64,000 bases of DNA from Cyclobacteriaceae bacterium (GTDB lineage: Bacteria > Bacteroidota > Bacteroidia > Cytophagales > Cyclobacteriaceae): the NCBI GenBank assembly GCA_047635055.1, contig JBLIIJ010000008.1, positions 1,540-65,539 on the forward strand, written 5' to 3'. The stretch's first letter is position 1; each line of letters starts with the position of its first letter. Position numbers and translations under genes: made by a program. The notes beneath the pieces are model-generated. The model made no database searches, was not told where the DNA came from, and saw only the letters and a list, made by a program, of their open reading frames with translations. Shown here one piece after another: positions 27,842 to 38,042 of this stretch.

Positions 27842-28274
27842 ATACCAAGTCAAAATCGCCAATAGCGAAGAATTAAAGACAAAGTCATTTCAAATTCGTC
27901 ATGAAGTGTTTGTCAAGGAGCAGTTGGTTTCTCATGAAGACGAGTTTGATGAGTTTGAAAATATTTCGAGGCATTTCGTTGCATTAGATAGCGAGGAGAG
28001 CCCTGTGGGTGCAGCAAGGTGGAGGAGAACCGATAAGGGAATTAAGCTTGAGCGGTTTGCAGTGGCTAAAGAGGCACGAGGAAAAGGCATTGGTTCTATG
28101 CTCGTTCAAGCTGTCCTTGATGATATTTTTGAGTTGCAAGGCGATGGACAATACCTTTATCTGCATGCCCAACTTTCGGCAATACCTTTGTATCAAAAAT
28201 TCAGTTTTAAAATCGTGGGGCCTCAATTTGAAGAGTGCGATATTCAGCATTTTAAGATGGAGCTACCGAGATAG
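27825..28274 (+). CDS. GNAT family N-acetyltransferase
   Basis: IRHEVFVKEQ...VGAARWR...LERFAVAKEARGKGIGSMLVQAVL carries the acetyl-CoA binding R-G-x-G-I-G motif. Overlaps phoH by 17 nt. Confidence 0.75.
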   Translation: MKSQSKYQVKIANSEELKTKSFQIRHEVFVKEQLVSHEDEFDEFENISRHFVALDSEESPVGAARWRRTDKGIKLERFAVAKEARGKGIGSMLVQAVLDDIFELQGDGQYLYLHAQLSAIPLYQKFSFKIVGPQFEECDIQHFKMELPR

Positions 28275-28981
28275 CCTCAAGTATAAAAGGAGTCAAGTGA
28301 ATGTTACTTTCAGTAGTTTAAAAAAAACATAAGTTCAAGTGTTTTAGATAACGAACATGTAAATGAGCCCATAATATTAATATCGTTTTCTAAGAGATTC
28401 AATAATCGCTGTTCTTGGGCTTATATGCTACAAGTGTCATGCTTAGTTTTTGGATTATTAAAGGCTATTTCTCATATGCTCTCTTGTACTTACTCTTCCG
28501 ATTATGCCAAAGCGAAATAGCTTATAATGATATCTTGTTAGATGAATGACTGTTGGAGCTGCCATTTTCTTCTTTGGCGAGCTTAGCACAAGGCTTAATG
28601 ATGATCAACTAAACTAGACTCATCATTCATGCTTCTGAGCTATAGCTACTGTGCAATTGAAGTAGTAAAAGACCATAATAACCCTATCAAATACTTAAAA
28701 TATTCTGCAATAGTTTGAAAATTCATTAACCCAGGTCAAAAGCAGGGTTTTGGGATGATACTCTTCTATGAATAGAATGATAGTATTGTTCTAGAAACCA
28801 TTCTGGTAGTATATCGAAATAACAATTGGTCGGCATTATTCAATAAAGTTATTATTGTACAACAGTAATGCAATTATTAGAAAAATAACTTAACGTTATG
28901 TGAAAATAAATAAATTGTTTTGGTTAGGATCTGAATTTCAAAAGAATAAGTGGGGAGGAGGATCTCACATGTTCTTTGATT

Positions 28982-29275
28982 CTAATCAGAAAGGAGAATG
29001 ATGAAATAATAAGAAAGCAGTTGTTTAAGAAGTTTAACAGCGTTAGATATCTTCTTCTTAGCTGGGGACTTTGGGTTTTTCTCCATTGCTAGCTGGATTC
29101 TAAAAATAGGGCTTTCAATACTTTGTGTCTCAACAATAACAAGCATGTTGATTATTTTACTACTGCCTTTTGCAATGACAATAGGATATACACTGAGTTT
29201 ATTAATTAGCGTCTGTCTATAAAGTCCACACTCTGCGTCATGTTCATCGAAAAAATACTCATTGCCACAACGCAA
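28982..29275 (-). CDS. Orphan 97-aa ORF, possibly the largest surviving fragment of a decayed gene
   Basis: The only ORF of 60 aa or more in a 1.46-kb gap. No recognisable motif. Shorter fragments in other frames lie just upstream on the same strand. Confidence 0.2.
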   Translation of the reverse strand: MRCGNEYFFDEHDAECGLYRQTLINKLSVYPIVIAKGSSKIINMLVIVETQSIESPIFRIQLAMEKNPKSPAKKKISNAVKLLKQLLSYYFIILLSD

Positions 29276-29685
29276 CTCCGCTTATATCTCTCTCACATGC
29301 CTTGATTGTGAAAATTCTAGATCAGGCTCTCACCTTATGGACAAGCGCTAATTATTAGCAATTATATTGAGAATTTGAGGGATGCCAAATTTGATATAAA
29401 TCCCGCCTTGTAGGTTTTAATCTCCAATGCTTGCATTGAATAAAAAGTAATCATCCGCCTTCTTACCTTGAAAACTTACTCCAAGATTCTTTATTGAAAT
29501 AAAAATTATGCTTGTTCAAGTCATGACGAAACTAAAAAAACATGTTTTGATGCGAACATATCAAAATTTGAATTTCAAAAATCAGCTTTGTAATTCGCAG
29601 AAAGTAATATCCAGCATTTCAAAATGAAATTATATTTTGAATCTTTTTTTTGAGGTATTCTCATATACTGTAATTAATTAGCAGT

Positions 29686-29733
29686 TCCGTTGCTTAAAAA
29701 GAGAAAATTGTTTACTTTTTACTAAGCAACGGA
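29686..29733 (+). promoter_or_regulatory. Long imperfect hairpin ending 7 nt before the comEC start codon
   Basis: TCCGTTGCTTA-AAAAAG (29686-29701) pairs with CTTTTTACTAAGCAACGGA (29715-29733): 17 bp with a 2-nt bulge and a 13-nt loop. ATG at 29741. Confidence 0.45.
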
Positions 29734-29740
29734 GTTACTT

Positions 29741-31810
29741 ATGAATATTTGGGCTCGATATCCATTTTTGAGATATTCCATTTTTCTCATTGCAGGAATA
29801 ATTACTTATAAAAATTATCCAGAATTCTTGGGTGACTCATCTTGGTGGATTTTCTTGTTTCCAATCATATGCACACCATTTTTATTTTTTCGCAGTATCA
29901 AAATTCGATATATTGTTCGTGGCTGCATTTTGCTATATGTCATTTTCATCACAGGTATTGCTGTAGCGAATTGGCACAGTGAAGAGGATATCAACACGCA
30001 TTATCATAATAAGTCGGGCATTAAATCTTATCAAATACGCATAGATTCCGATCATACAGAAAGGACCGATTATTTAAGGTATGAGGCCCAGGTATTAAAA
30101 TTATTCACTGACTCGGCCATTGTCGCGACTGGCAAGATTCTATTGTATATCAGAAAAGACTCAGCAATTATGGAGCTTGAATATGGAGATATTCTCAATG
30201 TGCATGGGGGGATTTATCAAGTACCTTCTCCTCAGAATCCATACGAATTTGATTATCGGGCATATTTAGGTGATCAAAATATATTTGGTCACAGCTTTAT
30301 AAGCGCTAATGATATTACAAAGGTGGACAATAGGCCATCAAATTTCATTTTTGCGTTTAGCTACAAAATCAGAAACTGGTCGCGCAGGGTTATCATTGAA
30401 AATATAAGCTGGAAGCGGGAGCAAGCAGTAATACTCGCATTGATTATAGGGATTAAGGATAATCTAGATAATGAACTGAAAGCGTCCTATTCTTCTGCGG
30501 GAGCTATGCATGTGTTGGCCGTCTCGGGATTGCATGTTGGGATTGTTTATCAAATGATCATCATCTTGTTTTCATTCCTTAAGAGAGTCAAATATGGAAC
30601 GATAGCGTTCATCTTGATTTCCCTTTTGGCCATATGGCTGTATGCACTTGTTACAGGATTTACACCTTCCGTTCTTCGCGCGTCAATCATGTTCTCCATT
30701 ATATTATTGAGCGAACATACTGGTCGAAAATCTAACATTTATAACTCATTAGGAATTGCCGCATTTATTCTGCTATTAATCGATCCAAATAATATTTATT
30801 CTGTTGGCTTCAGGCTGTCATTTATTGCGGTTTTTGGCATTGTATTTTTTCACCCGATACTCTACCGTCAATTATATTTTAGTTCAAAGTTGCCTGCCTA
30901 TCTGTGGTCAATTACGTGTGTGTCTTTGGCTGCTCAGGCGGCCACTTTTCCCCTTACAATTTTTTATTTCCATCAGTTTCCGACGTACTTTTTGATTTCA
31001 AATCTCCTTGTCATTCCCGCTGCTATGGTCATGCTTGTTCTTGGACTATGCATGCTTATTTCGTCAGCTATTTTGCCTTTTGTGGCGTATTACATTGGGC
31101 TCGTATTGACATGGATTGTTTGGGGGCTAAATGAATCTATTTATTTACTTCAAAGTTTGCCTAAGCCGATCATTGATTGGTTGTATTTCGATTCCTTAGA
31201 TACTGTGCTTGTCTATGGTGTATTGCTTTTTATTGCTTTGGGTTTATCTCAAGGTAATTTTCAGAAGCTGACGCTGGGGCTTCTATTGTTGCTTATTTTG
31301 AATTTGAAATGGGCGATTGATAATTGGCGTATTGTTGACCAGGAGAGATTGGTTTTTTATGAAATAAAGAGTCGGGTGGCTTTAGATGTCATTCAGGGAA
31401 TAAAATCGAAGTTATATATCGATCAATGGTCACAAAAAGGTGCTGAAAGAATTGGTTTTCAAATAAACCCCAACAGGTTGGCGAGTCGGTTGTCACCAGT
31501 GGAAGAAAACTGGAACATGATCGACAGTGCCAAGCAATTTAAAAGTACTGATTTGGGAAAGCTCTTCATTTGGAACGATGAGACAATACTTTTTTACGAT
31601 CCGAAAGAAAATATTGTGATAAAGGACACATTGGAAGTAGACGTGGTTTATTTAAATAAGATCGTGCTTTTAGATAAAAGAATATCTCCATCGATAATTT
31701 TATTAGGATCAGATTTAAAAAGCTGGTATCAACAGAAGTTGGTGAAGCAATATCCTAATATTCAGGTTCATAGTTTATCTGAGGATGGATACTATGAAAG
31801 TCAACGCTGA
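29741..31810 (+). CDS. comEC: ComEC/Rec2 family DNA internalization channel protein
   Basis: N-terminal TM segments plus a DUF4131-like part. The competence domain carries the signature ALIIGIKDNLDNELKASYSSAGAMHVLAVSGLHVGIV, followed by many TM helices. Confidence 0.85.
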   Translation: MNIWARYPFLRYSIFLIAGIITYKNYPEFLGDSSWWIFLFPIICTPFLFFRSIKIRYIVRGCILLYVIFITGIAVANWHSEEDINTHYHNKSGIKSYQIRIDSDHTERTDYLRYEAQVLKLFTDSAIVATGKILLYIRKDSAIMELEYGDILNVHGGIYQVPSPQNPYEFDYRAYLGDQNIFGHSFISANDITKVDNRPSNFIFAFSYKIRNWSRRVIIENISWKREQAVILALIIGIKDNLDNELKASYSSAGAMHVLAVSGLHVGIVYQMIIILFSFLKRVKYGTIAFILISLLAIWLYALVTGFTPSVLRASIMFSIILLSEHTGRKSNIYNSLGIAAFILLLIDPNNIYSVGFRLSFIAVFGIVFFHPILYRQLYFSSKLPAYLWSITCVSLAAQAATFPLTIFYFHQFPTYFLISNLLVIPAAMVMLVLGLCMLISSAILPFVAYYIGLVLTWIVWGLNESIYLLQSLPKPIIDWLYFDSLDTVLVYGVLLFIALGLSQGNFQKLTLGLLLLLILNLKWAIDNWRIVDQERLVFYEIKSRVALDVIQGIKSKLYIDQWSQKGAERIGFQINPNRLASRLSPVEENWNMIDSAKQFKSTDLGKLFIWNDETILFYDPKENIVIKDTLEVDVVYLNKIVLLDKRISPSIILLGSDLKSWYQQKLVKQYPNIQVHSLSEDGYYESQR

Positions 31811-33528
31811 ATGATGAGTTTTTTCCAACGATTATTGATTTCTAAAAAATACAGGCCTTTAGGTAATGACGATAAATCAAAAGTTGTTTCACTATTATTA
31901 TTAGGGTAGATGGTTATTTGTTGACCACTATTATTAATTACTGTCAACTCAGAAACCTTATCTTTTATACTTAAAAAGTGATTAACTGGATTTGGATAAA
32001 ACTCAATTAGATTTTTTTCAGACGCGTCTAATGTTGATAGACTTACGAGTGGTTGAGATGGGAATTGAGCGAGGTAATTATCAGGTTCAAATACGTTAGG
32101 ATCTTGGTCTTTCACAAGTAAGTAGGTTTGATTTGCCTCTAGCTGACCTATTTTCTGAATGTCTCCATTTGGCCAAGTAACCTTGATATTTTCCGCCACA
32201 TTCGCCACACCTAATCCAAAATGAAAAACATTACTACTTTGACTTGCATGGCCACTACCCGCGGTTAGTTGATCCATTTGATTGCTATTAAGCGATGTGA
32301 GTTGTACTTGAGCACCAACAGCATGCCAGTTTTCCTGAGGATCAAGCAGCTTTATTTTAATCCAATTGCCTGCTTCTGACTGATTAGCGAGTATTTGATA
32401 GACATAATTTGTGTTGGATATAAAAATGTCTTGCTTTCCATCTTGATTAAAATCGCTGATTGCAGATCCAAAACCACTGTAGGGACTTGATATAGCATCA
32501 TTTTCAATCTTATCAAAAGTCAGATTTCTCATGTTTTTGTAGAGCACATTTTTTTTAGGAGAGAACCCGTATTCGTTTGTCACGTAAATTTCGGGATAGC
32601 CGTCGTTATCGACATCTACGAAATTACAACCCCACCCCATTCCTAAGTCCGCTACTCCTGCAGCTTTTCCATTTTCAGAAAAAGTCAAATCACCATTTGA
32701 AGTCATCAAAAAGTTTTCATAGAGATTCGTTACGTAAATATCCATGAAACCATCCCCATTGATGTCAGCAATGTCTGCACCCATCCCAAAACCAGTAAGG
32801 TTGGTCTTCGTACGAAGAGATACATCAATGAATTGAGCTAGGCCATTATTTTCATAAAGCACAAAAGGTTGTCCATCAAAAGTTAAGAATATATCTTGGT
32901 CCGTATCATTGTCATAGTCAAAAATGACAATTCCCATGGCCCTTCCTTTGTGATTGACCCCAGAAATTTTCACCGATTCTGTAAACGTCTCGTCTCGGTT
33001 GTTCAAGTACAACTCATTGTCTTCACCGAAGTTGTTAAGATAAAGGTCTAGCCAACCATCCCCATTGAGGTCAGCAGCATTGACAGATTTTGTTTCTTTT
33101 TTTATGCCACCGACTCCCGCAGACTCAGTGACATCAGTAAAAGTCTCATCTCTATTGTTGCGCAGCAGTACATGTCCTTCCTGCACATTATTGGCAATCA
33201 GGAGGTCTTGCCAGCCGTCATTGTTATAGTCAAACCAAATAGCGGCGCTTGAGTGCTTAGACTGATTGTTTAAAATGCTCGATACATCAGAAAAAGTGCC
33301 ATCTCTATTATTTTCATATAGACTGTTGAAAGCATCTCCTGAGCGGCGTGTTATAAATAAGTCATCATATCCATCATTGTTGAAATCGCCAAGATAGCAG
33401 CCATAGTTTAATTGCTGCTCAGAAATGCCTGCCTGCTGTTGGGTCTCTTGGAACTTTATTTGTCCGAAACATTGGTGACTATGATATATTAATAGTCCAA
33501 TAGTGAATTTTGCTACAGTCCGAAACAT
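31801..33528 (-). CDS. CRTAC1/ASPIC-UnbV family FG-GAP (VCBS) repeat protein with a T9SS type A C-terminal domain
   Basis: Repeated FNNDGYDDLFI, YNNDGWQDLLI, LNGDGWLDLYL, INGDGFMDIYV, VDNDGYPEIYV, FNQDGKQDIFI. UnbV/ASPIC-like GSGHASQSSNVFHFGLG. C-terminus FYPNPVNHFLSI...GLYFLEINN. ATG 33528 preferred over TTG 33534. Overlaps the comEC stop by 10 nt (convergent). Confidence 0.8.
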   Translation of the reverse strand: MFRTVAKFTIGLLIYHSHQCFGQIKFQETQQQAGISEQQLNYGCYLGDFNNDGYDDLFITRRSGDAFNSLYENNRDGTFSDVSSILNNQSKHSSAAIWFDYNNDGWQDLLIANNVQEGHVLLRNNRDETFTDVTESAGVGGIKKETKSVNAADLNGDGWLDLYLNNFGEDNELYLNNRDETFTESVKISGVNHKGRAMGIVIFDYDNDTDQDIFLTFDGQPFVLYENNGLAQFIDVSLRTKTNLTGFGMGADIADINGDGFMDIYVTNLYENFLMTSNGDLTFSENGKAAGVADLGMGWGCNFVDVDNDGYPEIYVTNEYGFSPKKNVLYKNMRNLTFDKIENDAISSPYSGFGSAISDFNQDGKQDIFISNTNYVYQILANQSEAGNWIKIKLLDPQENWHAVGAQVQLTSLNSNQMDQLTAGSGHASQSSNVFHFGLGVANVAENIKVTWPNGDIQKIGQLEANQTYLLVKDQDPNVFEPDNYLAQFPSQPLVSLSTLDASEKNLIEFYPNPVNHFLSIKDKVSELTVINNSGQQITIYPNNNSETTFDLSSLPKGLYFLEINNRWKKLIIQR

Positions 33529-33722
33529 TGTCAAAAGTAAGGATTGGACCTTCTAATAAAATGGAATTGCATTTAAAACTTTATTTTCAACCTAATTCTC
33601 AGGATAGAATAGTGTTAATGGATGAGTTTAAGATTTCCTTTTTATTCCGATTATGGAAATAGTGTAATCATTATTGGTAGTTCGATTATCTAGCCCAAGT
33701 TAAGAACTTGCGGTAGCAAAAG

Positions 33723-33956
33723 TTAATAATTCTTTTGCGCTTCCTTGTCATTGGCAAATTGAGAGATTATTTGGGCGGCCAATTTTGCATTGCTTTCAAT
33801 CTCAGGAAAATTAATGACATCTTGCTCTGAAATTTTAATTTCAGTTTCTTGAATGGTGGTATCTTGACAAGCATAAAAAAGAAGACTAGTCAGCATACAT
33901 AAGTAGAATAAGGGACGATTATAACGCACATCAAATAATAGTATGTTAATAATCAT
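33723..33956 (-). CDS. Possible small lipoprotein
   Basis: Contains a lipobox-like LLFYAC followed by QD (an internal Met at MLTSLLFYAC is the likelier start). No family recognised. Confidence 0.3.
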   Translation of the reverse strand: MIINILLFDVRYNRPLFYLCMLTSLLFYACQDTTIQETEIKISEQDVINFPEIESNAKLAAQIISQFANDKEAQKNY

Positions 33957-34004
33957 AGTGAACGTAAGGTTTATTCGTAAAAAAACAAGACAGTTGTGAG
34001 GAAA

Positions 34005-34778
34005 ATGAAATTTATTGTTGAGGAGATAAAAAATAAGAGACTTATAATAACGCTCAATAGACCTGAAAAGCGGAATGCTTTACATCCAGATTTGGTTAGT
34101 GAGATGAAAACGGTACTCCATGAATCGGTCAGTAATGACGATGTTAAAGTAGTAATCATTCAAGCCGAGGGGAAGGCCTTTTGTGCTGGTGCTGATCTCG
34201 CATATTTGAAGGAATTGCAAAGCAATACCTATGAGGAGAATTTGGAAGACTCTAATCACCTACGCGCGCTTTTTGAATTGATTTATACTTTCCCCAAACC
34301 TGTAATAGCAAAAGTACAGGGACACGCGATTGCTGGTGGCTGTGGATTGGCTACTGTTTGTGATTTTGTATATGCAGCTGAGGAAGCTAAGTTTGGTTAT
34401 ACCGAAGTTAAAATAGGATTTGTTCCAGCCATGGTGCTCGTTTTTTTAATTAGAAAAATAGGAGAGGCCAGAGCCTCAGAATTATTGCTGTCAGGGGAGC
34501 TAATTGATACTACTCAAGCCGAGAAAATTGGGTTGATACATAAAGCATGTAGCTCAGATACGCTGGACGAAGAGGTAGAGCAGCTTGCCAATAGTCTGAT
34601 TAAAAATAATTCTGGAGAATCAATGAAATTGACTAAGCACCTGATAAAGTCAGTGCAGAATCTTTCTATGGATGACGCCATGAAACGAGCGTCAGAAACA
34701 AATGCGGATGCACGTGCAACAGAGGATTGCAAAAAAGGTATTGATGCCTTTTTAAATAAAAAACCTATTAGCTGGTAA
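34005..34778 (+). CDS. Enoyl-CoA hydratase/isomerase (crotonase) family protein
   Basis: ITLNRPEKRNAL, EGKAFCAGADL, AKVQGHAIAGGCGLATVCDF. ATG 34005 preferred over GTG 33996. Confidence 0.85.
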   Translation: MKFIVEEIKNKRLIITLNRPEKRNALHPDLVSEMKTVLHESVSNDDVKVVIIQAEGKAFCAGADLAYLKELQSNTYEENLEDSNHLRALFELIYTFPKPVIAKVQGHAIAGGCGLATVCDFVYAAEEAKFGYTEVKIGFVPAMVLVFLIRKIGEARASELLLSGELIDTTQAEKIGLIHKACSSDTLDEEVEQLANSLIKNNSGESMKLTKHLIKSVQNLSMDDAMKRASETNADARATEDCKKGIDAFLNKKPISW

Positions 34779-34780
34779 TC

Positions 34781-36673
34781 TTGTCAAGAATACATGAAAT
34801 ATTAAAGCAGTTCTGGGGCTATGATAGGTTTCGCCCTTTGCAGGAGGAAATAATAGTCTCTGTTCTTCAAGATCAAAAGACAGTCGCTTTACTGCCTACG
34901 GGAGGGGGTAAATCAGTATGCTTTCAAGTGCCTGCGATGTGTCTGGACGGAATATGCATTGTAGTATCTCCATTGATAGCCTTGATGAAAGATCAAGTAC
35001 AACAACTTAGAAATAAAGGAATCAGGGCTGAAGCTATTTATGCGGGCATGTCTAAGCGAGAAATTGACATCACTTTGGATAATTGTATTTATGGTGACAT
35101 CAAGTTTCTTTACATTTCGCCCGAGCGATTAAAGACTGATTTATTTCTAGCAAGAACGGCAAAGATGACGGTATCTATGCTCGCCATTGATGAGGCACAT
35201 TGCATTTCTCAGTGGGGCTATGATTTCAGGCCTCCCTATCTTGAGATTAAGGAGTTTATAGATTTTTTAAGTATTAAAAAAGTCATAGCCTTGACGGCAT
35301 CAGCGACAAATGCGGTGACCAAGGATATCACCGAAAAGCTGGGCTTTATTGATCCGAAAATATTTAGAAAAAGTTTCGCCCGTTTAAACCTGTCTTACTC
35401 GGTATTTCAACTAGAACAAAAGGAATCTAAACTATTAGATATTCTGAATAAGGTTCCTGGAAGCAGTGTTGTATATGTGAGAAGCCGTAAGAGAACTCGT
35501 GAAATTTCAAATTTTCTTAAAGCCAATAAAATTTCCTCAAATTTTTATCACGCGGGTCTTACCAATGATGAAAGAAGTCTTCGTCAGGAAGCGTGGATAG
35601 GTAATAAGATACGAGTGATTGTAGCAACCAATGCTTTTGGAATGGGCATTGATAAACCAGACGTGCGCACCGTGATGCACCTAGATTTGCCCAACTCGCT
35701 TGAAGCATATTATCAGGAAGCTGGGCGCGCAGGGCGAGATGAGCAGAAGGCCTATGCGGTCGCGCTATTCGGCCCAGCAGATGTGACAGACCTGCGAAAA
35801 TGGGTGGAAAAGTCAATAGTCGACGTAGCTTTTATAAAGCGTACTTATCAGGCGTTGGCTAATTTTTATAAGTTGGCGGTAGGTAGTCATCAACTTTCGA
35901 GTCACCCATTTCACTATGAGGCCTTTGTGAAAAATTTCAACCTACCAATGGTTGAGACATTCTATGCTTTGAAAAAGCTAGAGGAGGAGGGCTTCATTCA
36001 ACAAAATGAGGCCTCACGTGCCAAGTCAAAATTGATGATCATAGAGGATCAGTCAGCATTGTACAATTTCCAGGTATCTCATAAGAGTTTGGATTTTACT
36101 ATTAAAACCATGCTGCGCCTTTATGGAGGTGAGCTATTTAGCAACTATTTGACTATTGAGGAATCAGCAATCGCACAAGTCACCAAAAGATCAGTCACAG
36201 AAATTAAGCAGCACTTGAAATATATGCATGATGCTGATTTGGTGGATTACCAACCGGTAACAGATAAACCTTTATTGACTTTTCTCACTCCGCGTTATGA
36301 TGCCAGCAGTCTGCCAATTGATATTGCTCGATTAAACTGGCGAAAGAAAGTGGCATTAGAAAAACTTACAGCCGTGGAAGCGTATGTGCTGAACAAAAAT
36401 CAATGTAGAACAGAGATGATTCAGGCTTACTTTGATGAAGAAAACACAAATTCTTGTGGTATCTGCGATGTTTGTCTAAACAGGAATAAATCATCTGGCG
36501 AACTACCCTTGGAAAAATTACAACAAGAGCTGGCCAAGTCGCCTCAAAATTTAGAACAGTTGATTCAACGTCTTAAAGGATATCGTTCTGACTTAGTAAT
36601 AGAAGGGATAAGAGTGTTGCTCGATGAAGGTAAAATTGTCTCCCAGCAAGGTCTTCTTATGGTCAAAAAATAA
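34781..36673 (+). CDS. recQ: RecQ family ATP-dependent DNA helicase
   Basis: FRPLQEEII, LPTGGGKS, DEAHCISQWGYDFRPPY, VATNAFGMGIDKPDVR, YYQEAGRAGRD, and a Zn-finger CRTEMIQAYF...CGICDVC. TTG start 2 nt after the preceding stop. Confidence 0.85.
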   Translation: MSRIHEILKQFWGYDRFRPLQEEIIVSVLQDQKTVALLPTGGGKSVCFQVPAMCLDGICIVVSPLIALMKDQVQQLRNKGIRAEAIYAGMSKREIDITLDNCIYGDIKFLYISPERLKTDLFLARTAKMTVSMLAIDEAHCISQWGYDFRPPYLEIKEFIDFLSIKKVIALTASATNAVTKDITEKLGFIDPKIFRKSFARLNLSYSVFQLEQKESKLLDILNKVPGSSVVYVRSRKRTREISNFLKANKISSNFYHAGLTNDERSLRQEAWIGNKIRVIVATNAFGMGIDKPDVRTVMHLDLPNSLEAYYQEAGRAGRDEQKAYAVALFGPADVTDLRKWVEKSIVDVAFIKRTYQALANFYKLAVGSHQLSSHPFHYEAFVKNFNLPMVETFYALKKLEEEGFIQQNEASRAKSKLMIIEDQSALYNFQVSHKSLDFTIKTMLRLYGGELFSNYLTIEESAIAQVTKRSVTEIKQHLKYMHDADLVDYQPVTDKPLLTFLTPRYDASSLPIDIARLNWRKKVALEKLTAVEAYVLNKNQCRTEMIQAYFDEENTNSCGICDVCLNRNKSSGELPLEKLQQELAKSPQNLEQLIQRLKGYRSDLVIEGIRVLLDEGKIVSQQGLLMVKK

Positions 36674-36675
36674 AA

Positions 36676-36704
36676 ATGCCTCTAATCCATTTGATTAGAG
36701 GCAT
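36676..36704. terminator. Bidirectional terminator hairpin between recQ and pgk
   Basis: ATGCCTCTAATC-cattt-GATTAGAGGCAT: a 12-bp perfect stem, A-rich on the left and T-rich on the right. Confidence 0.7.
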
Positions 36705-36737
36705 TCAATGTTTTAACGATTGAGGTTTTTCGTTTTA

Positions 36738-37925
36738 TTATTCTTCAAGCGCCGCAACACCGGGCAAAGTTTTACCTTCCATGTATTCAAGTAGTGCACC
36801 ACCACCTGTAGACACGTAAGAAACCTTATCGCCATATCCCAGATTGTTTACAGCTGATGCAGAATCTCCACCCCCTATTAAGGAAAATCCTCCTGCTTCA
36901 GTGGCTTTTACAACTGAAGCCGCAATAGCTTCAGTACCAATAGCGAAAGCTGGAAATTCGAATACGCCCATCGGGCCATTCCATAAAATAGTTTTTGATT
37001 TTTCGATTGTCTCACTGAATAATTTCACTGTTTCAGGGCCAATATCTAAACCTTGCCAGTCATCCGGTATTTCGCCAGCAGGGACTATCTTAGTATTAGC
37101 GTCCTTGTCGAAATTATCGGCAATGACGGTATCTAGAGGCAGAATCAAGTTCACTCCCGCAGCTTTTGCTTTTTCTCTAAGTTCCTTAGTTAAAGGCATT
37201 TTATCTTCTTCTAGAAGAGATTTACCAATATTTCCACCTTCTGCTTTTGAAAAAGTATAAGACATTCCACCGCCAACAATAATATTATCTGCGACACCTA
37301 GTAATCTTTCAATGATAAGAATCTTATCTGAAACTTTAGCTCCACCCATGATAGCTGTAAAAGGTCTTGCAGCTTCTTCAAGCACTTTTTTGGCATTTGC
37401 CAATTCTTGTGACATCACATAACCACAGCACTTATCTTCAAAAAAATTCGCAGCAATGGTTGTTGAAGCGTGTGCTCGATGAGCGGTTCCAAAGGCATCA
37501 TTGACATAGATGTCTCCTAATGAAGCCAATTTCTTAGCGAACTCTTCATCACCAGCGGTCTCCTCTTTGTAAAATCTTACATTTTCTAAGAGTAGTACAT
37601 CTCCATTTCCGAGATTGGCTGCTTTTTCAGCTGCGTCAGAACCTATGCAGTCGTCAGCGAACTGCACTGTTACGCCAAGTTTTTCCGAAAGAGCGCTCAC
37701 AATATGTGAAAGAGAGAATTTATCCTCTGGGCCAGTTTTAGGCCTGCCTAAATGGCTCATTAAGATTACTGCTCCACCTTCTTCTATGATTTTCTTGAGG
37801 GTAGGTATGGCAGCTTTAATTCTAGTTTCGTCTGTTATCTCGTGTTGATCATTCAATGGTACATTAAAGTCCACGCGGATCAATGCTTTTCTATTTCTGA
37901 AATTGAAGTCGTCAATAGTTTTCAT
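36738..37925 (-). CDS. pgk: Phosphoglycerate kinase
   Basis: [24 protein letters not shown]..., [23 protein letters not shown]. The 34-codon N-terminal extension in the ORF track (to 38027) is not Pgk-like, so ATG 37925 is preferred. Confidence 0.9.
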   Translation of the reverse strand: MKTIDDFNFRNRKALIRVDFNVPLNDQHEITDETRIKAAIPTLKKIIEEGGAVILMSHLGRPKTGPEDKFSLSHIVSALSEKLGVTVQFADDCIGSDAAEKAANLGNGDVLLLENVRFYKEETAGDEEFAKKLASLGDIYVNDAFGTAHRAHASTTIAANFFEDKCCGYVMSQELANAKKVLEEAARPFTAIMGGAKVSDKILIIERLLGVADNIIVGGGMSYTFSKAEGGNIGKSLLEEDKMPLTKELREKAKAAGVNLILPLDTVIADNFDKDANTKIVPAGEIPDDWQGLDIGPETVKLFSETIEKSKTILWNGPMGVFEFPAFAIGTEAIAASVVKATEAGGFSLIGGGDSASAVNNLGYGDKVSYVSTGGGALLEYMEGKTLPGVAALEE

Positions 37926-38042
37926 ATGCGGTATTATTTTAAATTTTGCTCGTCGGCTGTAAATACTATAACTAAAAACAGCCTTGGCAGTATGTTTTTT
38001 CAATTTTAGCCGCGCTAAGGTAACCAAAAGATGGGGCTTTGA

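Noticed and set aside
28275-29740. RNase P RNA, tmRNA, SRP RNA or 6S RNA in the comEC-upstream desert (and likewise in 3435-4329)
   Set aside because: I could not find their hallmark strings by eye (for example GAGGAAAGTCCGGGC for RNase P, or a tRNA-like 3' end with a tag ORF for tmRNA). A covariance-model scan is still needed.
37926-38027. 34-codon N-terminal extension of pgk
   Set aside because: It is not Pgk-like. Canonical Pgk N-termini begin just before the RVDFNVPL motif, which favours ATG 37925.
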